A DNA stretch of 42,706 nt, taken from the NCBI GenBank assembly GCA_016762975.1, contig JAESUV010000002.1, positions 1 to 42,706 on the forward strand, given 5' to 3'. The position numbers and the translations under genes were made by a program. The DNA is from Gammaproteobacteria bacterium. Lineage in GTDB: Bacteria; Pseudomonadota; Gammaproteobacteria; Pseudomonadales; Pseudohongiellaceae. Each line of letters begins with the position of its first letter. Position 1 is the stretch's first letter. The notes beneath the pieces are model-generated. The model was not told the origin of the DNA, searched no databases, and saw only the letters and a list, made by a program, of their open reading frames with translations. Below, piece after piece: positions 34,458 through 42,121 of this stretch.

Positions 34458-36124
34458 TGCAGTTGCCTAAGCACTTCGTAAAAGCTTTATATAAAGAAAC
34501 CGGGGTTCGGCAATATAATGACAACCCCTTTATTGAAGCTCTGCCGCCAATATTATCTGTTAAGCAAGCAGGTTCTAGTTTAAAAGGGCGCATTGAATAT
34601 CAGGTTTCTGATCGATTAGCTGAGCCGAAGGTTAGGATGCACATGGTTGTATCGTTATTAGATGATTATTTTCAGCCCCTCTCTCAACATGTGCTTTTAG
34701 AAGAACGCCTTGGCATGATGATGCGCAGAGGTTATGTGGGCAGGAATATTAATGACGGTACCCTTAATCAAAAATTGCAGGAAGGCTATGAATTAATAAA
34801 AGCGGATGGCAGCAAACCCGTTAATTTTACCACGGAAAAAACCACAGCACGAAGCATGTCATTAATCGGGATTTCTGGAAGTGGTAAAAGCAGTTCATTG
34901 AATCGTATTCTAGATACCTATCCACAAGTAATTTTTCACGAAACTAGCAATTATATTCAGATTACATACCTTAAAATTGAATGTCCTAGCAATGGCGACC
35001 TAGAAAGTTTATGCCTTAATTTTTTTAGTGCGGTCGACAGTATTTTAGACACCGATTATGAACGTAGGTATGCAAAACAGCGTTTGTCACTGCCTAAGAT
35101 GCTCGCGTTGATGCGACAAACAGCTAATAATCGAGCAATTGGTATTTTAGTTATAGATGAAATACAAAGGCTAAGTCAGGTGCGCTCTGGCGGAAAAGAA
35201 CAAATGTTGGAATTTTTTGTCGAGCTGGTAAATCAGGTTGGCATCCCAGTTGTTCTTATTGGTACGCCAAAGGCTCGACCCATATTTGAATTGGAGCTTC
35301 AGTCAGGCCGCAGAAGTGCAGGCCTTGGCTCTATATACTGGGAAACAATTCCTCAGTTCATTGAAAAAAAAGGTAAAGGGCGTATTGATAACCCCAACTG
35401 GGTTAGATTTACAAACGATTTATGGAAATACCAGTGGCTCAAACATGGCGATGACTCGCTTACAAATGACATACGACAATGCTGGTATGAGCTATCGCAA
35501 GGTGTATTAGATATCGTTGTAAAGCTGTTTGTACTTGCTCAACTCAGGGCTATTTCGAACAAACGAGAGCGTATTACCGTAGGGATGTTAAAGTCAGTTT
35601 ATGAGCAAGAATTAAAGCCTGTCCACCCTATGTTAAATGCTCTGAAGTCAGGTAGCGCTGAACTTATAGCGAAGTATTCAGATTTACGTGTTATCGATAT
35701 AGAAAAGCGGCTTGTGCAGTTAGGAGAATCAATAGTGTCCTCTGTTCAAAAGGAGGAAGAGCAACTTTTTGGTGGTAATAATGATGCACTCAGGCTCTAT
35801 AACCTGATGAGCCAGCTTGATGAAGGATACGATAACAGTATCTTGGTGCCTTTAGTTAAAAGGATTTTCAAAGAGCAGCCAGAATTAAAATTTTCGAAAA
35901 TGCTGCCAGTATTAATTAACTGGTATGAAGAATCTTTGCAAAGCACATCAAACAAGAAAACATCATTACTTAAGAAAGTGAAGCGTCAAGAGTGGTTCGA
36001 TTTAGAGAGCGAAGATTTACGCTATTTGTTTGATATGAATAAATCAGAAAAAACAGACTTATATGAAACGTTTGAAGCCCGAGGTCTAATGTTCAACCTT
36101 GAAGATTGGGCGGCAGGCTACTAG
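34457..36124 (+). CDS. tnsC: Tn7 transposition regulator ATPase TnsC
   Basis: 555 aa, the same length as Tn7 TnsC. Walker A GISGSGKSS and Walker B LVIDEIQ. Its start overlaps the tnsB stop (TGATG). Confidence 0.95.
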   Translation: MQLPKHFVKALYKETGVRQYNDNPFIEALPPILSVKQAGSSLKGRIEYQVSDRLAEPKVRMHMVVSLLDDYFQPLSQHVLLEERLGMMMRRGYVGRNINDGTLNQKLQEGYELIKADGSKPVNFTTEKTTARSMSLIGISGSGKSSSLNRILDTYPQVIFHETSNYIQITYLKIECPSNGDLESLCLNFFSAVDSILDTDYERRYAKQRLSLPKMLALMRQTANNRAIGILVIDEIQRLSQVRSGGKEQMLEFFVELVNQVGIPVVLIGTPKARPIFELELQSGRRSAGLGSIYWETIPQFIEKKGKGRIDNPNWVRFTNDLWKYQWLKHGDDSLTNDIRQCWYELSQGVLDIVVKLFVLAQLRAISNKRERITVGMLKSVYEQELKPVHPMLNALKSGSAELIAKYSDLRVIDIEKRLVQLGESIVSSVQKEEEQLFGGNNDALRLYNLMSQLDEGYDNSILVPLVKRIFKEQPELKFSKMLPVLINWYEESLQSTSNKKTSLLKKVKRQEWFDLESEDLRYLFDMNKSEKTDLYETFEARGLMFNLEDWAAGY

Positions 36125-37623
36125 TGCTGGGCTTTCCCACACCCTATCCGAACGAGTTACTTTACAGCACAATTGCTCGGGCAGGCTTGCATAGCGGAGA
36201 GGTTTCTCCAAAGTGTCTTCTTGATGCAGTATTTGGGAATAGAGGAGTTATAGCGACAGTTGATTTACCAAGTCACATTCGCAGTATTGCAGATCAATAC
36301 CCACCCTCACTTGATTTGACAAGCAAGAGGCTGATAAATAACCATTCTTTGTGGCCTGTCTACGCGCCTTTTATTCACAACAAGCGTAGAGCTAAAATTG
36401 AAGTATGGATGCTAAATTCATTCCGCAGTTCTGTTCATTTCTCATCTGGTATATCATCCTCACGCATAAAGACTAAACAATCTCTCTTAATTTGTCCTAA
36501 TTGTGTTACTGAGCAGCAGGCTATATATGGCGAAGGTTATTGGGATCGACGCTGGCAGATTCCATTAGTTTTTTGTTGCCCAATTCACGGCCCTCTTCAT
36601 CAAACCAATATTCAATTAAATGGCGAGCATCGCCATGCGTATATCGCAATTTCTGAAGCGAAAATCATCAATCAACTTCATGTTTCAAATACGGATGTTC
36701 GTTTTTCAGAAATTGTTCAGCAGCTATTCAATAATACCGCCATTCTCTCTCCTACTTTTGACCAGTGGACTCAGTTTTATCAAGGACTTGCAATTGACCA
36801 AGGTTGCATAAAGGGTAAGCGGATTGATCACAAAAAAATACAGGCGCAGTATTGTAAGTACTGGAGCAAAGACTGGCTTGTACAAACAAACCTGCTTCCT
36901 TCTAAAAAAGATAGTTCATGGTTAAAGACTATTTTCCGCAAGCATCGTAAATCCTTTAGTTTTGCTGAACATTTAACGGTTATTGATGCATTGTTTTATG
37001 GAGAGGTAGGAGTCAATGATGCAATTCGAAAAGCATTAAAATATCCAGTTAAAAAAGAGGTATTGATTAAAAGCGTTAGTGCAATAGATAGAATTATTTA
37101 CACCGATCAGTCTAAGTGGCTAGCTTTTCTTGAAGACAGTTCTCCAAAGAATGCTAGGCAGCAGGCTTCTGCTTTATACGGTCGCTTGTACCGTAATCAC
37201 TATAACTGGTTGATGCAAATGAACTCTGAGCATCATTGCCATGCGGCACAGATTAATCATAGGGTTGACTGGGGAAGGCGAGATAGAGATACCGCAAGAA
37301 CTTTGTTGAATCACTGTAACAAAATTGAAGATAATCTGTCATTGCCTCGGTTAAGTAAGTCACATTTATTGCATCAATTATCAAACTCAGCAACTATTGA
37401 AAAGAATTTATATCGACTACCTCGTTGTTATGCAGTACTAGAAAGGTATTCAGAGGATAAAACTGAATATCAAGCAAGAAGATTAGCCAGAGCTGTGATT
37501 TCCTTTAAACAGCGTGGGCAAGTAATTAAAGAATGGTTATTACTACGAGAAACTGGCTTAAGCAAAGAGCGCATGACCGAGGTTATTAAGAAGCTGTTAA
37601 AGGAGATATTAAAGGATGCCTAA
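36124..37623 (+). CDS. tnsD: Tn7 target selector TnsD (TniQ family, attTn7/glmS recognition)
   Basis: FPTPYPNELLYSTIARAGLHSGEVSPK parallels Tn7 FPVPYSNELIYSTIARAG. Zinc-finger spacing is CPNC...CCPIHG, followed by WLKTIFRKHRKSFSF. GTG 36124 overlaps the tnsC TAG; the track starts at 36106. Confidence 0.92.
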   Translation: MLGFPTPYPNELLYSTIARAGLHSGEVSPKCLLDAVFGNRGVIATVDLPSHIRSIADQYPPSLDLTSKRLINNHSLWPVYAPFIHNKRRAKIEVWMLNSFRSSVHFSSGISSSRIKTKQSLLICPNCVTEQQAIYGEGYWDRRWQIPLVFCCPIHGPLHQTNIQLNGEHRHAYIAISEAKIINQLHVSNTDVRFSEIVQQLFNNTAILSPTFDQWTQFYQGLAIDQGCIKGKRIDHKKIQAQYCKYWSKDWLVQTNLLPSKKDSSWLKTIFRKHRKSFSFAEHLTVIDALFYGEVGVNDAIRKALKYPVKKEVLIKSVSAIDRIIYTDQSKWLAFLEDSSPKNARQQASALYGRLYRNHYNWLMQMNSEHHCHAAQINHRVDWGRRDRDTARTLLNHCNKIEDNLSLPRLSKSHLLHQLSNSATIEKNLYRLPRCYAVLERYSEDKTEYQARRLARAVISFKQRGQVIKEWLLLRETGLSKERMTEVIKKLLKEILKDA

Positions 37624-39205
37624 TGATATGAAATATAAGCATCTTGAAGATGATTCAAACATCTCAGGTATAGGTTCATTATTTCGCGGCGTAGATCGTA
37701 AGAATTGGAGTATTAATTTAAACTTTTTTGATAAAAGTAATAGCAGCTTAAATTTTAGCGCCGTTCCGATATTAGCCAGACGCAGAGTCATGAACCCTAC
37801 CAAGTCAAAGGGTAAGAAGGGAAAGCCTTTTAAGTTTCTCATAACTAATGCCCAAAAATGGCAGGTAGCAAGTCTTAAAGACTGCCCAGCATTCTATAAA
37901 GCTCCAAAAGGACAAGATGCAAGCCAGTTATGTTTTATTGCTGAAGTCAAAGGCAGGCGCATATTCATTCCCCAGCTAGAAATGGCTCGGGTGCTTTTTT
38001 ATCATGATCCTTTTATGGCAAGACTAAGCCTCCAGCACAATGCATTAAATGAAGATTTTTATGTAAAACATAGAGAGAAGCAGTCAGAGATTCATGTGTT
38101 AGGAGAGGCAGAGTACCCGCTCTATTATTTTAATAGAGTTGATAATAGACGATTTTTAAGTTGGGTCTTAATGGATGAGCACGCTCGTAAATCGTTTGAA
38201 ACAATCAGCACTAACCTATTTACGCAGAAATACCGCAAGGGTAGTTATGATCATTGGGACTTCCAATTCACACCTCCACCCTTAGAAGGCGTGGAATTAA
38301 GCGTTTCTGGATGGGACGATTATGAGTCTAAAAGTTTTTTCGTGTGGGAAATAAAAAGCTTAAGTGATTTACCATCCTCTTTTTCTGGTGAGGTAAATAT
38401 TATCCACCCGAAATATGATCGTAATGTGGGCGGACGCCCTGTAAGTGGAAGGGGATCCTTACCAGAGGCTCCAGATCAGTATGAGCTAGATGATCAAGAG
38501 CTATCCTCTGTTGATAAAGCGACCATACAATTAATATCAGATACCACTGCGATTAATTTCAAAACACCATTTATAACAAATCGCATCAGTAAGAATATGA
38601 GAACTGCCAATGGCATAATAGGAGATGGAGAGAAAGAGGTGCTAGATAACAGTTTAAGTGCCAACGAAAAGGAAGATACGGGGAGCCTACCAGGAGGTAC
38701 CTGGAATAATTTGGATGACCAAACAGATGACGCACACCTTTACTTAAGTAAGTTCCAGTCGTTTTTGGATATGGTGGGTGTATTGGAAGCAATGCATGGC
38801 TGTAAAATAATCGATCAAACAGCTGTGAAGCTACCCAAGCAAGGCAACGGAAAGAAGCATTGGCTAGCCAATACTCAGAATTCTAGGTGCTTAGCTGCGC
38901 TTGAGCTGCTTTTTAATGGAAAATCCATAATCCTATTAGAAGTCGATACATCTGATGGCGCTGCAAAGCTCTCTACAATGATGTTAGTAACAGGTGGTGA
39001 GGGTTGGGTCATGAAGAACCTAGGTACTATAGCGCAAGGTATTATGCGCAGGTCATTGAGTTGGCCATCCGCGTTATTCCAAAAAGAACTTGGAAAGGAC
39101 GGTTATCGTGGTATTACTCACCCTCAATCAAAGCACTCAGGTTCGATTGCCCCAGAGGAAATAGCACCTTGGGCCAAGCGCTTCGCTAATAAACTGTCTC
39201 AATAA
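37616..39205 (+). CDS. tnsE: Tn7 target selector TnsE-like protein
   Basis: 529 aa in fifth position. IPQLEMARVLF, FQFTPPPLEG, LLEVDTSDGAAKLSTMML and SLSWPSALFQKELGKDGYRGITHP resemble recalled Tn7 TnsE segments (IPQLELARSLF, FSFDPPPMQG, LLEVDASDGVKMLST, SLNWPNSLF...GQDGHRGVNHP). The comparison is from memory, not an alignment. Confidence 0.8.
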   Translation: MPNDMKYKHLEDDSNISGIGSLFRGVDRKNWSINLNFFDKSNSSLNFSAVPILARRRVMNPTKSKGKKGKPFKFLITNAQKWQVASLKDCPAFYKAPKGQDASQLCFIAEVKGRRIFIPQLEMARVLFYHDPFMARLSLQHNALNEDFYVKHREKQSEIHVLGEAEYPLYYFNRVDNRRFLSWVLMDEHARKSFETISTNLFTQKYRKGSYDHWDFQFTPPPLEGVELSVSGWDDYESKSFFVWEIKSLSDLPSSFSGEVNIIHPKYDRNVGGRPVSGRGSLPEAPDQYELDDQELSSVDKATIQLISDTTAINFKTPFITNRISKNMRTANGIIGDGEKEVLDNSLSANEKEDTGSLPGGTWNNLDDQTDDAHLYLSKFQSFLDMVGVLEAMHGCKIIDQTAVKLPKQGNGKKHWLANTQNSRCLAALELLFNGKSIILLEVDTSDGAAKLSTMMLVTGGEGWVMKNLGTIAQGIMRRSLSWPSALFQKELGKDGYRGITHPQSKHSGSIAPEEIAPWAKRFANKLSQ

Positions 39206-39353
39206 TCACATTCATTGAATAGTCCACAATTGTAAATTGATTAGTCTCTATCGAGCGGCGATTCGTATTCTCAATACTCACTGTAGAAGTTTGGTAAGCA
39301 GACTTCTGAAGCGAGAGTCGTATTAGTCTAGTAGGCTATTCAGTATTTCTAAG

Positions 39354-39660
39354 GTAAGCGTCTAGCGAAAGACACCTACTAACCATCCTCTAACTCAGCA
39401 AACTTATATTCCACGGCAGCAGACTTTCTACATCGGTCTTGCCCTCGCCGAGTTCTTTTAAAATATTGTGAAGATAATCAAACGGTATTAAACCATTGAT
39501 TTAGCGGTTTCGATCACGCTATAAAGTACCGCACTGGCTTGTGCGCCCTTGGCTATATTGCTAAACATCCAGTTTTTGCGTCTGATAACAAAAGGTTTGA
39601 TTGCTCCTTCTGCTCGGTTATTATCAATGTTTAATCTCTGCGGGTTTAACTCGCGTAGCG
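39354..39660 (-). pseudogene. IS66-family remnant A: terminal IR (GTAAGCG...) plus C-terminal ~90 codons of the transposase with a frameshift
   Basis: The minus strand reads ...LNIDNNRAEGAIKPFVIRRKNWMFSNIAKGAQASAVLYSVIETAKS. After a 1-nt deletion it continues NGLIPFDYLHNILKELGEGKTDVESLLPWNISLLS-stop (stop at 39390-39392). The GTAAGCG terminus typical of IS66 ends is at 39354. The 5' part of the gene is missing. Confidence 0.7.
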
Positions 39661-39665
39661 TAAAT

Positions 39666-39684
39666 CTCGGGGGCTGCCCCCGAG
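39666..39684. other. GC-rich hairpin CTCGGGGG-CTG-CCCCCGAG flanked by 7-bp direct repeats TAGCGTA (39656, 39690)
   Basis: Perfect 8-bp stem with a 3-nt loop. It resembles the left-end terminator-like hairpin of IS200-type elements. It lies between IS66 remnant A and the IS200-type tnpA. Confidence 0.5.
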
Positions 39685-39706
39685 CTGGATAGCGTACAAT
39701 GACGGA

Positions 39707-39766
39707 GTCATTGTGGGGTAGTCATTGTGGGGTAGTCATTGTGGGGTAGTCATTGTGGGGTAGTCA
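39707..39766 (+). repeat. tandem repeat, 14-bp unit GTCATTGTGGGGTA x 4 plus a partial GTCA
   Basis: Four identical head-to-tail units were counted (39707, 39721, 39735, 39749). The first unit is the 3' arm of a hairpin ACAATGAC-GGA-GTCATTGT (39696-39714). Confidence 0.9.
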
Positions 39767-40229
39767 GCTTATTATTGATTTACGCAAAAAGACACATTAT
39801 GTGTTCGGGCTAATGTATCATTTTGTTTGGATTCCTAAGTATAGGAATAAGATTTTTGTTGAACCTTATCGATCAGATCTAAAAGCAATCATTAGAAAGG
39901 TTGGCTATGATGATTAAGCCACTATAGACATTGAAATAGTCGAGCTGGAAGTTCCTGTCGATCATATTCATATGGTTGTTAGGACAGAACCGAAGATAGC
40001 GCCATCTTATGTGATGCAGGTTATAAAGAGCATATCTGCACGTGAGTTTTTTAGGATGCATCCAGAAATTAAGCGGCAGTACTTTTGGGGTGGTAAGCTT
40101 TGGATTCAAAGCTACTTCGTAGAAACAATTGGTAATGCTATGGAGGATGTCATCCGAAAATATGTCCAAAACCAATTAGTGGAGATGGATAATGGTGAAC
40201 AAAGCAATCAGCAATTAGGCTTGCTTTAA
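39753..40229 (+). pseudogene. tnpA: IS200/IS605-family Y1 (HUH) transposase TnpA, interrupted by one in-frame TAA (39915-39917)
   Basis: A single frame reads ...THYVFGLMYHFVWIPKYRNKIFVEPYRSDLKAIIRKVGYDD-stop-ATIDIEIVELEVPVDHIHMVVRTEP...LWIQSYFVETIGNAMEDVIRKYVQNQLVEMDNGEQ. The HUH motif is HIH and the catalytic Tyr lies in SYFVETIG. It is collinear with Salmonella IS200 TnpA as recalled. Possible starts are TTG 39753, GTG 39801 and ATG 39813. No tnpB follows. Confidence 0.8.
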
Positions 40230-40620
40230 AACTCGGTCGCTTCTTTATCTTCCTTAGCTAATTATTCAGCCATCGCTTTTAGTTTTTTGTGATCCATAAT
40301 CGTGCTCATTATTTTTACCTTTTTCTAGGTTATAGTTAACAAGCAGCTACACAAATATTTTCACACCCTTCTGTTATCTAGTATTTACAATAGAAAAATC
40401 TCATTAGGAATCCGAGAGGAATATACATTACTCTGATCGATCATAAGCCGAATATATATCGGCACTGCCATTCTCACAAATGACTCAGCAAGATGAACAA
40501 GAAAAAAGAAGTTAGTCAGTGCAATTAGGCATTATGGCTGACTAGTGCTTGATACCGAGAAACGTCCATGTAGAACGACCCGGTTAGTGCTAATCCATAG
40601 TAGAAGCCAATAAAAAAATC

Positions 40621-41166
40621 TTACTTATTAAAGGCATTGATCTGGGAAAACAGACTGGGCGCTATCGTTTTTGGTTCTGCATAAACAATCTTCGTACCTT
40701 GCCAATTTTTTATTTTCTTAAGAATATCGCATCGTATCAACCGTGCCTCATTCTTTGCTGCTTTTACTGATCCAGAACTCAATCTATCAATGCAATCCTG
40801 TATTGAAGCAAAGCGTGTGCCAGTATAATATTGATCTAACGCTCGGAGGTGGAGTCCACTTGGCTTGAAATTATATACAAACTCAACCTCTTTAATACTT
40901 TTAGATGCTCCCAAGTTCTCAGTACTTCCAATAAGCGGAAAGTTGATTGTGTATTTCCCTCTTCCTCCCACCGTAGCTTCCATGACGCTATCATACGAAA
41001 TTGCAATATCGATATCGCCAGGAACAATTTTCTCCCATGTACTTTTACTTAAAACTATCTTATTTTTTGCCCGGAGAATATGAAACCAAGCTGCATAGCT
41101 ACCAACAATACACCACTCATCGCGATATTCCATATTTAAATTTCTAACGACACTTTCAAAATTCAT
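40621..41166 (-). CDS. hypothetical protein with nucleotidyltransferase-fold-like signature (GS...DIDI)
   Basis: ATG 41166 lies 7 nt after AAGGA (MNFESVVRNL...). The track ORF extends to 41214. The motif WCIVGSYAAWFH...PGDIDIAIS resembles the hGG/S...DhDh NTase pattern of Lnu/ANT-like enzymes but with a longer spacer. Neighbours are all IS debris. Confidence 0.55.
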   Translation of the reverse strand: MNFESVVRNLNMEYRDEWCIVGSYAAWFHILRAKNKIVLSKSTWEKIVPGDIDIAISYDSVMEATVGGRGKYTINFPLIGSTENLGASKSIKEVEFVYNFKPSGLHLRALDQYYTGTRFASIQDCIDRLSSGSVKAAKNEARLIRCDILKKIKNWQGTKIVYAEPKTIAPSLFSQINAFNK

Positions 41167-41439
41167 TTTTTTATCCTTATTTATGGTTGATTTGAATGTA
41201 ACGAGAGACCGCATAACGAGGGTGTAGGAAAATACAATATTTAGACATATTTTTCCAGTCCTTGAAAATCTCGTTCAATCTGCCTGTTCTATCGAGCTAT
41301 AAATATTAATAATGATATTCGAGTATATAAGTCACATTGTCAAACTGGTGTTATCGGTATCTTATTTTCAGATCCTGCTCTCCATTTTAGCGTTCTTCCA
41401 CTGCTTCTCTACATTATCCACCGAGCGGCTGCTTTTATT

Positions 41440-41977
41440 TAGCCTAGAAAAAATCAAAGTGCTGCATGTGGTTGTATTGCACAGGCACACTTTCGCCAGC
41501 GAATCCTGATCAACCGACGTCAGCGCCAAGCATAGTGCTTTACGATTATCATGCCAGTCGTGCAAACGGCTGCATGATTGAATTTTTGCAAGGTTACTTG
41601 CAAGTCGATGGCTATCAAGGATACACATCAACTAAAGCAATGTTAGTCGGTTGCTGGCCCATGCGCGCCGAAAATTCATTGAAGCGGATATCGCTTAAGA
41701 AAAAGGTAAATCTGGTAAAGCTAAGCTTGCCGTTAACTTTATTAAAAAACTCTATCGCATTAAAATTAAAGCTTTGGGCTCAGAAGAAAAACACGATTAT
41801 CGTCAAGAACATGCGCAGCCATTATTGAATAAATTTCATGCTTGGCTGATAAAATTTTCTAAGCAAGTATTACCAAAAACAACGCTCGGGGGAGCTTTAA
41901 GCTATAGCTTAAATCAGCGGTCGAAACTCATTCGCTACCTCGAAGGTGGGGCATTAAATATCGATAACAACCGAGCT
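41440..41977 (+). pseudogene. IS66-family remnant B: central part of the transposase with a frameshift and an in-frame stop, truncated after IDNNRA
   Basis: MWLYCTG...IVLYDYHASRANGCMIEFLQGYLQVDGYQGY...MLVGCW, then a shift to HARRKFIEADIA-stop...AVNFIKKLYRIK...EEKHDYRQEHAQPLLNKFHAWL...PKTTLGGALSYSLNQRSKLIRYLEGGALNIDNNRA. These are typical IS66 transposase blocks. The N-terminal third and the accessory ORFs are absent. The left boundary is approximate. Confidence 0.75.
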
Positions 41978-42121
41978 AAAATCGTGTTAACAGATCCCAA
42001 GGTAAATCGTTAATCAGTATTAAGGCGGTTTGCGCCCATTTCCTCGAAAAGTACACTCTTCATCTGAATGCCAGAAATAGCAGTTGCTCCAGCGAATATC
42101 ATTCGCTGGCAATACTTTCCA

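Noticed and set aside
39707-39766. The tandem 14-bp repeat as a CRISPR array, or as an extra Tn7 end because each unit contains TGTGGGG
   Set aside because: The units are directly abutting with no spacers, and at 14 bp they are far too short for CRISPR repeats. Beyond TGTGGG there is no similarity to the 31439 end or to its AATAAAGT-type TnsB repeats.
39879-40175. 98-aa minus-strand ORF from the six-frame track
   Set aside because: It lies entirely antisense to the clearly homologous IS200-type tnpA frame and has no recognisable motifs. It is an antisense shadow ORF.
41312-41631. 65-aa plus-strand and 87-aa minus-strand ORFs (41312-41509 and 41368-41631)
   Set aside because: They overlap the degenerate IS66 remnant B or are antisense to it. 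They have no RBS and no motif support, and they look like by-products of frameshifted IS sequence.
39354-41977. The two IS66 fragments as halves of one gene split by an inversion, since A starts and B ends around the IDNNRA motif
   Set aside because: They overlap over LNIDNNRA, and the 27 overlapping nucleotides differ at 5 positions (TTAAACATTGATAATAACCGAGCAGAA versus TTAAATATCGATAACAACCGAGCTAAA). They therefore derive from two diverged copies, not from one split gene.
41948-41990. GGGGCATTAAATATCGATAACAACCGAGCTAAAATCGTGTTAAC as the Tn3-family terminal inverted repeat
   Set aside because: The first ~30 nt encode GALNIDNNRA, a conserved IS66 transposase block in frame with remnant B. The GGGG is therefore IS66 coding sequence. 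Only the last ~15 nt loosely resemble a Tn3 IR interior.
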